Source: Cyanophora paradoxa CCMP329
Lineage: Eukaryota; Plantae; Glaucophyta
NCBI GenBank assembly: GCA_004431415.1
Contig: QPMI01000194.1
Location: 1 to 64,000 of the forward strand
DNA: 64,000 nucleotides
Reading direction: 5' to 3'
Below are positions 1 through 9,696 of this stretch, piece by piece; the stretch's first letter is position 1; each line of letters begins with the position of its first letter. The position numbers and the translations under genes are program-made. The notes below the pieces were generated by a model. The model was not told the DNA's origin. It saw only the letters and a program-made list of their open reading frames with translations, and made no database searches.

Positions 1-420
1 CCCCCCCCCCCCCCCCCCCCCCGGCCTATGTCGCGGGCGGCCGAATGGATTTGTCATTCAGCACCACATTACAGTTTACAGAAACTGTCTCACCACAACG
101 CCTACCATGAATCCTAGGATTGGCACTGAGGCACTTACATCTTTGGAAAATAGGAACCGAAGCTTTGAGTGCTGGAGGAAGCAGTGAAGCTAGAACTACA
201 GTAGAGAACAACAGATGACAGGGATAAAGAGGGAGAGGAAGTGGGTGGGCAGAACACCGTGCTACTGTTGCGGGCGGCCGACTTGGTGCGCTGGCTCGCC
301 AACTCTCGGAAAGGCACACTTTGACGACGCAGGGGCGGGTTGCAGGGCGAAGGGAGGGGACGCTGGGCGCCTAGTGACGAGGGCAATTGGCGCCGAGCCG
401 CGGGGGAAAGGAGGCGGGGC

Positions 421-1471
421 TCAGAGGTAGTCGCTGCCGCCGCGCTCGTAGGTGTTGCGGCGGTAAAGGGAGACCTGCGGGGCGGTGAGGCGGCGGGGCG
501 GCGGAGGGGCCCCTGGCAGCGGCGGACGGCGAAGATGAAGCCGAGGAGGATGGCGATGGCGCCGAACATGACGACGCCAGCCGCCGGCCGCACCGACTTC
601 GAGAGCGCCCCCGAGACCTTGGCCCTGCCCCGCGCAGGCCCCGCCCGTCAGGTACCCCGCTGCAGGGGGCGCCGCGCCGGCGAGCGCACCCGCAGGCCTC
701 CGTGTAGTTGTCGACTTCCTTGCAGAGGTCGGGGCAGATCTTGTCGACGTACTTGACGCCGCACGACTGCTCCACGCCGCTGCACGCTAGGTTCTTGTAC
801 GTGGAACAGACCTCCTCCGGCGTCGCCGACGTGCCCCAGCTGCGCACGCGTCGCGCGGCGCCGGCCGGGGGCGGGACGGGGGCCAAACCGGTTGAGGGAG
901 TCGTTAATGATGCTCGAGTTCTCCACGTTGTTCGCGACCACGAACATGGCCCTCCGGCACCGTCAGAGCCATCCAAAGCGCAGGCCCAGGGTGGCGAAGC
1001 GCACAGGGCCATAGAGAAAAGCAGGATGAAGAAAATGAAGTTGAGAATCGAGTAGGCGAGAAGCATCCGACGCTCCTGTGCGCGCTTGAATGTGACGATG
1101 CTGGGAACGCTTTTGCTTTCGCACAGCGGACCTCCTTCTTTGCGCTAATGATCCCAAAGACGCTCACGAAGAGGAGAAAGATACCCACGACGATGAAGCC
1201 GACCTTCGGCCAAGCGCGCGTCAAGGACACGCGTCCGTACAGAGCGGCCGTCGCACCGGCGCGCCCTGCGGAAAGGCCCCAGCTGGATCATACATGCGCA
1301 GCGCCGCCAACGCCGCACCGCCGACGGCGATAATAGGAATCGCCCATAGTACCTGCGACATAGTTCGAATTCTGGGCTTGTCTGGGCGAGTGGTTTTCAA
1401 CGGGTCTGGCTTACGTAGAACGCGTTGAGCGCGATGAGGCTACCGCGTACGCAGTTCGCCTGCGTGTGCAT
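421..1471 (-). CDS. Tetraspanin-like 4-TM protein (multi-exon)
   Basis: Spliced reading MHTQANCVRGSLIALNAFY|VLWAIPIIAVG..WPKVGFIVVGIFLLFVSVFGIISAKKE|..LLAYSILNFIFFILLFSMALCA, Cys-rich loop, TM4 AAGVVMFGAIAILLGFIFA|VSLYRRN..DYL*; GT-AG introns. Confidence 0.7.
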
Positions 1472-2024
1472 GTCAAAACCGGTCGGACCAGTCCAGAAGC
1501 GGCCAGACAGCGCGTTAGAAACGCTAGATGGTCACGGCAAAGACTGAGGGGAGGCTGCAGAAGACCGGCGCACCATGTGAATTTGTTCGAAGGGAGGGAT
1601 ACAACGTTCAGCGCCTGCGTTCGGGCCGTGCAGCTCGGTGAGCGATGCAGTGATCATGAGCGCCGCGCGCGCGCGCTAATGCTGGCACGCACGCCGAGCA
1701 CTAGCGCTTGCACTCTGCAGGATTCGATCGCTGAGCAGGATGTCGTGCTCCGGCCCAGAGTCGGAGTCCCTCTTGTGCGCGGTCGTGCTGCCTTACATCG
1801 CGCCCGCACTAGGGAACTTGACCGCGTGAGTTCTCCGGATCCCTCATGGTTATGCCGTCAATAAAGTATCCACGCAGGACGCTGATTTTTCTTTCCGTAC
1901 GTGCGGATCTCTTTGAGATAGCTCGTTCAGCTCGCCACTCACCACCCCCCCGCCACCCTCGCCGCCGCCGCCGACGCTGTCTACGCTGAACGCAGCCAAC
2001 GAAGGAGATGATCAGAATCAGGAA

Positions 2025-2679
2025 CGCGGGGCACTCGTAATCATGCCGGAGTTCCGCACCAGCCAGATGGTCAGCGGGCTCTGTCGGCGCGCCCCCACCG
2101 GGAGTTCCGCTCACTTTCCCCTGCAGGTCGCCCGCAAGGGGCGGGCGATGCTCCCGTGGGTGGCGCGTCAGGCCCTCGACTGCCGCCACTACGAGTACGC
2201 TGGTCTTGTGTTCGGCTCCCTCTGCCGCGCGGTCTTATGCTTATCTCGCGCAGGTTCCGGACGCTCATGCAGCACGCCGTCCGGCGGCACCCCAAGGACG
2301 AGGACCCGCCGTGCACGCTCCAGTTCGTCTGCGAGGCCTGGACCTCGAAGACGTGCGGGGTGTGCGGCAAGATCAACTACGGGCTCGGCTCGAAGAGGGT
2401 CTTCGAGTGCCGCCCCGGGTGCGGCTTCCGGGCGGACCGCGACGGCGGCGCCGCGCGGTGCGTGTTGTGTCTATACACGTCTATACACAATCGCTGCCCC
2501 CCCCCCCGCCTAGTCCCAACACGGCCTAGCCACGGCGTAATTTTCCGTCTAGGGCCGGCTCGCCCTCCCAGCGCCGCCCGATCGCAATCGTAATCGTACT
2601 GATCGCACAGACCTCTCGCAGGGGCATCCTGATCCGCTACGGCACGGGCGTGGACGCGAAGCGCCTGCTCAGCTCGTAG
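2025..2679 (+). pseudogene. Fanzor2-like (TnpB-derived) RuvC nuclease, C-terminal 124 aa, three spliceosomal introns
   Basis: Exons 2025-2069, 2127-2194, 2254-2457, 2622-2679 splice (all GT-AG) to RGALVIMPEFRTSQMVARKGRAMLPWVARQALDCRHYEFRTLMQHAVRRH..VCEAWTSKTCGVCG..FECRPGCGFRADRDGGAARGILIRY..LLSS*. Motifs: P-x-F-x-TS-x-M, E-A-[WY]-TSKTC, Zn ribbon, DRD..AR.I. No start codon or RuvC-I. Confidence 0.9.
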
Positions 2680-2822
2680 CTACAGCTAGCTAGGCTCGGC
2701 TCCGATTCCCCTTTTCTCCATCAGGGCACCAGTCCCTGCGGGTTACGCTCTCACCCAAACAGCACGGGTACAGTTAAAGCGCTGTGGTAGGAGGTCCGGC
2801 GCGCCCGTAGCGTAAAAAGAGA
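2025..2822 (+). mobile_element. 5'-truncated Fanzor-carrying insertion flanked by a 14-bp direct repeat (ATCAGAATCAGGAA at 2011-2024 and 2823-2836)
   Basis: Exact 14-bp duplication of SWEET exon sequence on both sides; the insert holds a Fanzor C-terminus plus 143 nt of non-coding 3' sequence. Confidence 0.85.
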
Positions 2823-2840
2823 ATCAGAATCAGGAAAGAC
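2680..2840 (+). ncRNA. Putative Fanzor omegaRNA scaffold with flank-derived guide
   Basis: Lies between the Fanzor stop and the element right end. Pairings CAGGG2722/CCCTG2734, GGGT2740/ACCC2753, TTACGCT2743/AGCGTAA2809, ACGGG2764/CCCGT2804, ACAG2770/CTGT2782. Confidence 0.5.
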
Positions 2841-3266
2841 AGGTGTATCCTTTCATCGTGAACAAGTAACTGAAAACGACTTTTTCTATCTGACTTCCCT
2901 GAAAACGGATTAGCTGCTTGTCGTGGGTCATCTACGGATTTCTCTTGAAGGACTACTTCGTGTTTGCGTGTAACTGGCTTGGGTACCTTCTTGGGGTGGC
3001 TTGGACATTCACGGTGTACCGTTATGCATCCGATCGGCAGCGGACAACTTCAGAGATCGTGTGCTGCTCCTTTTTCCTTGCCTTGATCCAAGCATCCAGC
3101 TGTGCTACAGATCCTCATCGGAGGCCATGCAATGCTCTTCATGGGCGCCTGCTTTGGCACGTTTGCAATGACACCTGCTCTGTTTGCACCCACCCTCACG
3201 TCCTTGCAGCATTCATCACTGAAATGGAAACGGGCTCTGCACGCGCCATCTGCGGCTCATTGTGTG

Positions 3267-3391
3267 CTAATCGCAATCAGAGACGTCCAACCTTAGCTTT
3301 CGCCCAACCCCTAATCATAATCGCAATCATCAGAGACGTCCAACCTTAGCTTCCGCCCAACCCCTAATCGTAATCGCAATCAAAGACGTCC
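3267..3391 (+). repeat. ~50-bp minisatellite (about 2.5 units) inside the SWEET gene span
   Basis: Unit ~CCCCTAATCGTAATCGCAATCAAAGACGTCCAACCTTAGCTTCCGCCCAA. Confidence 0.9.
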
Positions 3392-4002
3392 TCACAGGCG
3401 GCTTGCAGGGCAATTGTTGTGCTCGTGTCATTCTATGCATCGCCCCTCTCGACACTCTACACTGTCTGCATGGAGCGCAACTCCATATACTTCTTCTGGC
3501 CGCTGTCGTTGACATCATTTCTAAACGGAAGTTTCTGGTGCCGAGCTTTGCTCGCCCCCACGGAATTGTGCACTTAGTGTACGGGCTGTATCTTCGAGAT
3601 CCCTTCATCTGTAAGGCCACCCGCCTTGTGTCTCTATCGACGACTTATACCCACTAGGGGCGCCGAACTTTACAGGCGCCATCACAGGAATGCTGCAGCT
3701 CATCCTTCGCCTTGTTTTCAAAGCACGCCCAGCGGGCAGCCCCCGTCCTGGTTAATCCCGCTCTTGCGTGTTCTCGCTGCCGACGTTAATTTTTTTGCAG
3801 GAAAGGAGAATGTGGACGCAGTTGTCTAGATCTTTCTCACATATGGTGCAAAAGACACTGCAAAAGAGAATGGAGGCAGCCCTCCTTCTCCCTCTGCAAT
3901 GCTTTCTATGCATGTGCCTCAGGCGGCGCCTTCGTCAAGCAGCAAAACACCACAGGGGTCGACTCCAGGGGCAAGGCCAAAGGCATGCATTTGGATGCTT
4001 GA

Positions 4003-4125
4003 CCTCCGCCCCACCCCTAATCGAAATCGCAATCAAAGACGTCCAACCTTAGCTCCGCCCCACCCCTAGTCGTAATCGAAATCAAAGACGTCCAAGTTCC
4101 AACCCAAGGCCTAATCGTAATCGCA
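4003..4125 (+). repeat. Same ~50-bp minisatellite, second cluster
   Basis: CCCCTAATCGAAATCGCAATCAAAGACGTCCAACCTTAGCTCCGCCCCA repeated about 2.5 times. Confidence 0.9.
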
Positions 4126-4606
4126 GGCAAGGCCACTTGGCGGCGAGTTAGAATTCGATGATGTTCCCGACATTTAGCACCCAATTTGATGATGTGCCCG
4201 ACATCGAGCACGTCATGAGCATCATCAGTCTGCATGCATTTGATCGTTTGTGACACGTGGTGCTAGCTGTAGAACGAGCAGCACATCTGACAATGCGCTA
4301 TGCATTTGACAGTGAAGACTGAGCGCGGAGCATTTGCTACAAGTGTGGGATGTACATGTACACTGCGGTCGCCGCGTGCCGCAGTGCCACCAGCAAGTTG
4401 GCCAGCCGGGCCCTGCGTACGCGTGGCCCCCTAAAGAGAGTATGCTCAGTGAGAGATGCAGTGATCATGAGCACCACGTGCACATGCACGCTAATGTGAT
4501 CTGGCATGCACACCGCAGTAGAAAGAGCAACTGTCTTTTCGATATATTGCTGTTAAATACAATGTGTATAAATGGGCACAGTCACCAAAGCGTATAGAGC
4601 AGGCTG

Positions 4607-7600
4607 CTACTGGAACTTATTCTGAATCTGCCTGTGCACATGGCACAGGTACTCAACGTAGGAGAATGTGGCCTGGTGTCGGTCCTCCAACAGGTAGCAG
4701 AAAAACCGAGATTCCAGGGCATCACGCTGCTTGAGGATGCGTACTACTGGGTGCACTGAGCCACCACGGGGTAAGCTGAAGCGAACAGCCCTAACAATGT
4801 TGTTGATTCGTTGGCTGAGCTCGTTGTCGTACTGAACCAGCCGGAGCTAGGCAGGCATCAGTCAATGTGCAAGCTCAAGTGCTCAACGCATGTGCACACC
4901 TGTGAGCAATCCACATCCTCGATTGAAACATGGGATGGAATGCCGAAAACGTCAGTCAGCCAGGCAGGATTGACCTGTTTCCCTATCCAGAGGAACACAA
5001 GCAGGCCATCCTCCACAAGGAAGACACCATCAGCATCGAGTTTTTCGCTAGAGAGCGAAATGGTAGGAGGAAGAATGACATCGCCATGTTGTGCAAGGGC
5101 CCCAACCTACAAAATTTCAGTACGCTGATCGAGGCACTTATTCTCGTAGCAGTCTTACGTTTGAAGGCAGATTGTGGAGAGCAAACATCCGTGGGTAAAT
5201 GTAATGGGTTGAGAATGCTGCACTCATTGACATGATATTATGGATGAGGTAAGCACGATCATCCATGCGAACATCTGTACCAGCTCTGCGAAAACAGAAC
5301 GTAAATCAGCTGAACGCAAAACAATGACGAGATCCAGATAATTCAGTTCATACCGGAAAGCCATATTCTTCAAGATTGACAATGTGTACAGAGGAAGCAG
5401 TTTCAGAGCCTCTGGAAGGATGAGCTGACCCGAGGATGCAGAGTTCGTGCAGTACTTGCGGTATGTGTAGAGGATATCCACGCACTGGTCTGTAGCACGT
5501 TGTCTGACCTTCTCAAGAGGGTGCTGGAGCGCCATCTGAGCAGCTTTGGCGGGCGGGAAGTCAGCAGAGGCATCATAGGTCTCCAATCGGAAAACACAAC
5601 GTACAAAGTCGAAGTTGCAGATTCATAATGCTGTCCAGATCCGCATAGCGGAACAGATTGCCAAGGATCGCAGTGACGGGGACTGAGACTGTGCACACCC
5701 GAATTCGACGCTCTCCAGTTGCTGTGGTGTATCTGGGCTTGAAATGAGTGCACAATCCGAAAGCAAGCACACCAAAAACTGCGCACAACAGGGCCGACTG
5801 TAGGCATGCTTCAGAATTCTCAGGAAGCTTGTCGTCATGCTTCAATACAGCTGCAAAAGCTTTGTCGCTGTCTATGTTTGCAAGATCCATGTCGTCAGGA
5901 GTGCGGCCAAAGAAGTTGCCGAGGTACTCCTTCACGCAGAGTCCTAGATGTGAACAAATCAGAGCGAGTTCTGCAGCAATCACTAAATGCAGATAGCACA
6001 CACCTGCAGAGCACCGCAATCGCATGACTGCTTCGAAGCCACTTGGCCGAGTCACAAGGCGGGAGAGTTCATCCTGGAACTTCTCCGCATCTTTGGCTGC
6101 ATTGAATGCAGGGTAGTAGTAGAGATCGCCTCCAGTTGGACCAGTCAGGGCGCCTGCATTTTCCCAACCTCAGTAAGCTTGCCAGGACTTCAACACATAA
6201 CAAACGTACTCATTGTTGCAGTGTCGATGTAATTGTTCGAGAAGAGGAATATGTGTACACTGACCTGGGAAGACAGTAAACTCACTGATTCGGCTTCTTC
6301 TGCATTCTTCGTACCTGGTTTAGCGCACAATCCCGGGCAAGATCCTTGTACCAAGGGTCTTGTGGTGCAAGTAGCGACCGTTCCTTTTCTGTTCCATACA
6401 GTCGTGTATCATCCCGGGGCTTGAGCTTGCCAGGTCCGACTGTGGAAAGCATGCTCTGGAACACCACAACACGGCCCCCAATGGCTCGCTGAAAAATGCT
6501 CGTTGAGCGAAGCAGAAAAAGAGACAATTGAACTGGATATAAGCACCAGGGCACAGAAGCCGCCATGAATTGCTGCGGAGGCCGATGTCGTACCGACTTG
6601 CGTGCCAGAGAAGAGGGCAGGAATTTTGTCCAGGAGATTGTTCAGAGAATCGCGATTGGGCTCGAGAGGAACGAGCAAATCATCCGGAAGTGGAACGAAC
6701 ATGTCATCAATGTCAGCAACAACAAGCATCTGAGGGCCTGCCTGATGCTGTACACCAGGATTAAGGATAAACAGGAAATCGAAAAAGGAGGCCTGAACCT
6801 TGAGATTGTAGTAGTGAACAGCTTTGTCATACGTCACAATGCAAACACGAGTCCTCTCAGGAGCGGATATCCTGGTCAGGACATCACGCAAACTTGCGAT
6901 GGTTAAAGCAGTGACTCCGCTGGACATAGCCGCATACGAGACGTCGATAGCAAACACCCAGGATGGTGGCTGAAGCGGGCGACCAGGCATAACGTATTCC
7001 TGGGAAGGAATGTGATTGATGTTAAATTGGAATAGGAAATGTGGCGGGAGAGTTCATCCTGGAAATAAAATTTACCGGCGTGGCCACAAATTCTACAGCT
7101 CCGTGGGTAAGCTCCGGGCGCTCATACAAGTCACGGCGTTTCCCAGATGCATCCAGATTGCAGTAGTACTCGCGCGGAACTGCGGTGGAACTCAGTTCGA
7201 GAATTAAGGAGCACACATGTGCTGACCATCATTCGCCATTCCACAGAGATTGCAGACAAACCTCCGGCCTTGTTCCACAAATGTCATCATGGGGTTGATG
7301 TACGCACGACATCTCCTGCATCGCACAGGACCAGTTGGACCACAATCCACCACAGGAACAGGCTCCTACGTTCACAGTGAGCGATCCGTGCATTGCATTC
7401 AAAAGATGGGACGAAATCTATTCGCAAGAAGAAGTGCACCTCCTCAGGAGCTTGCCTTGCAAGAGGTTGCATCACAACAGCTAGGGGTAGCGAGGAAGTG
7501 TTCAAAAGCTCGGAGCTATGAGGTATTTGGTTTATCGTCAATCTCAAGAACCGCGGGCTTGCGTTGCCCTGCCGAAAGCATGAGTGAGGCGACGGGAGTG

Positions 7601-8667
7601 GATGTCCTTTACTTGAGCACCTCATCGACTACAATAAATTTCGAGGACGCTGGCGGAGGCAATGTTTGGCTCCTGGTGTGGTATCGAACGACATCAGATG
7701 TACTCTCCTCAGCGCTGATCGGGCGCGGAATCTGGCTTGGATCTATTTTATTGTTCCCAGGCCCGCCAGGCTGCTGAGCCGCCCCCCAGGTGGCGTAGCT
7801 TGAGCCCGAGGAAATTGACGATAAAGGTGCAAGAGGGACAGGCTGCTGCGGGGCGTATCCACCGGGACCTTGGTTGTAAGCCGGGCCTCCCGTCGGGGAT
7901 GACATGGACATCATGCTCATTTGCGCCGACGGCGGTGCGTAGTCGCTCGGCATTTGGCCGGCGTACGCAGGCTGGCTGCCAGCGCCTGCTTGATACATCG
8001 GCACGGGCGCGGGTGCGGCTGCTGGACCTGGCTGGGCTGTACCGGGAGGCGGCTGGTACATGGGCACCGGCGCTGGCGCGCTGGCGCCGGGCTGCGGCAG
8101 CATGCCGGCCTGCGCTTCTGGGTAGTACCGCTTGGGAGCCGCCGTCTTCGGTGCTGTTCGTTCGGGGAGCATTGGGGCAGGCGGCGGAGAAGCGCCGGTG
8201 TCGGCGGGATAACTGGGCATGGTGCTCGGTGGCGGTTGTGAAGGCGGGGCGCCATGCGCTTCAGGAGGAAACATAGGGGGCGGAGCGGAGGCCGGAGGAG
8301 GACCGGGGGCGGGATACATCGGATGCGGCGCAGCAGCCGCATGAGAGCCGGGCAGAGGTTGGGGAGGTTGAGGGTTGGACGGTCCAGGGGCTGAGAAAGG
8401 AGGCATCGGATGCGTACTGAAGCTGCTCTGTTGCGGCTGCATCGGCGGCATTCCATATGGCTGCGGCGGCGCGCCAGACATCGAAGCCGGAGGTGGCGGG
8501 CCTGCGAGCGGCGGGCCCGGAGGCGGCGGGCCCGGCATCGAACTCGCAGGCGGTACTGGGGGCGGCGGGCCCGGCGGACCCGGAGGCATTGAACCATATG
8601 GCAGCTGGCCGGGCTGCCCGGGCATTGGCGGCGGCGCGCCGTACGGTGGAGGGCCTGGAGGTCTCAT
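4607..8667 (-). CDS. SEC24: COPII coat subunit Sec24 (Sec24C/CEF-like)
   Basis: Pro-rich N-terminus, [11 protein letters not shown], Zn finger, [20 protein letters not shown] vWA domain, [26 protein letters not shown]; ends [10 protein letters not shown]. Confidence 0.95.
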
Positions 8668-9696
8668 TGCACTTAAAGTTCGCGGCCAAGTGCTGACGAC
8701 GATGGCCTCGCACGCTGTACCCGGCTTCGAAATTGATCGTTCGTCGACGCTTTTCTCTCGAGCTCGACGCTTCGCGCGACAACGGTGCATTACGTAGTTT
8801 CGCTTTTTGAATTTTCGGTTTGCAGCTAGGCGAGCTCGGTTCTACGCGCAGGTCTCCGGGCGGCGCACCTGGCGCCGCGCGCGCGCGTCGACGTCCGTCG
8901 ACGGTCGGCACTGATCATGAGCTAGCGCTGCGCTGCCGCAGTGCGGCAGGCCGCGCGCGCCGGCGCCGTGGACCGCCGGGCCGGGCGCGCGCCCACTCGA
9001 CCGTCGGACCGTCGGCCGCAGACCGGACATCCGATGATCATCGGATCCAGTACCGCCTGCCGCCGGGCCGGGAACTCCGTGGTGACCTGGCCTGAACCGA
9101 CTTGCAATTGCAACTGAGGACTGCCAGCTAGCGCTGCACTGCGGCATGCAGCTGCAGCAAGCATTAGGACCCGCGGCCGGGAGTCCGGGACTGCAGTCCC
9201 ACGCCCAACCTCGTAGTTTCGCTTTTTGATTTCTCGTTTTGCAGCTAGACCCGCGCTCAGTTCTATGCACCGCCGCTGCGGCAGGTCTCCGGTCGGTGCA
9301 TGCACACGTGCAGTGATCATGACCTAGTCCTGGCCCCAGCGCGTCGGCACTGAGCTGCAGGCCGGCGCTGCAGGCCGCCAGGCCGGGCACGCGCCTGCGG
9401 CTGAGTCTCCGAGTCTTTGACCGTGGAGCTGGCACCGGGCAGCATCTGGGGCTTAACATTTCTAGAACGCGCATGTTTAATTAATATAACCTCCCTGCGA
9501 CCCAAGGCTGCACTGCCCCTCGGGGGGCACAAGCTCTGTGAGTGGCACCACCGGCCGGGCTGTGTGCACTTACCGCATAAACATTACCATTTCAAATCTC
9601 GCCCAACCTTCAAACCCGCGGGAGGCCAGCAAGGGGAACAATTGCTGAAAACGAAGCTCTGGTAAAACAAAGAATACATAACATCTGCTACCTCAT

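Larger units (their letters stand above)
1740..3829 (+). pseudogene. SWEET: SWEET/MtN3 sugar transporter, interrupted in exon 3 by a Fanzor-bearing insertion (3' end approximate)
   Basis: Exons 1740-1825, 1878-1896, 1996-2024 give MSCSG..IAPALGNLTATLIFLS-PTKEMIRIR. After the insert: VYPFIVNN|CLSWVIYGFLLKDYFVFACNWLG, then FYASPLSTLYTV..PLSLTSFLNGSFW, YGLYLRDPFI|WAPNFTG..LQLIL (two MtN3 repeats). The insert introduces an in-frame TAA at 2038-2040. Confidence 0.85.

Noticed and set aside
1-22. Poly-C at the window start as a chromosome end
   Set aside because: Similar C/G homopolymers occur internally (2497, 18077, 49260); no telomeric array.
2156-2593. ORF-track 145-aa protein as a complete gene
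   Set aside because: It is one Fanzor exon plus read-through into flanking introns; the spliced model restores motifs on both sides.
2773-2815. VKALW*EVRRARSV as a missing SWEET exon with stop read-through
   Set aside because: It lies inside the insertion; the real exon (PTKEMIRIR) is at 1996-2024.
3267-4125. CRISPR-like array beside the Fanzor fragment
   Set aside because: Units are head-to-tail without unique spacers and lie outside the duplicated boundaries of the insertion.
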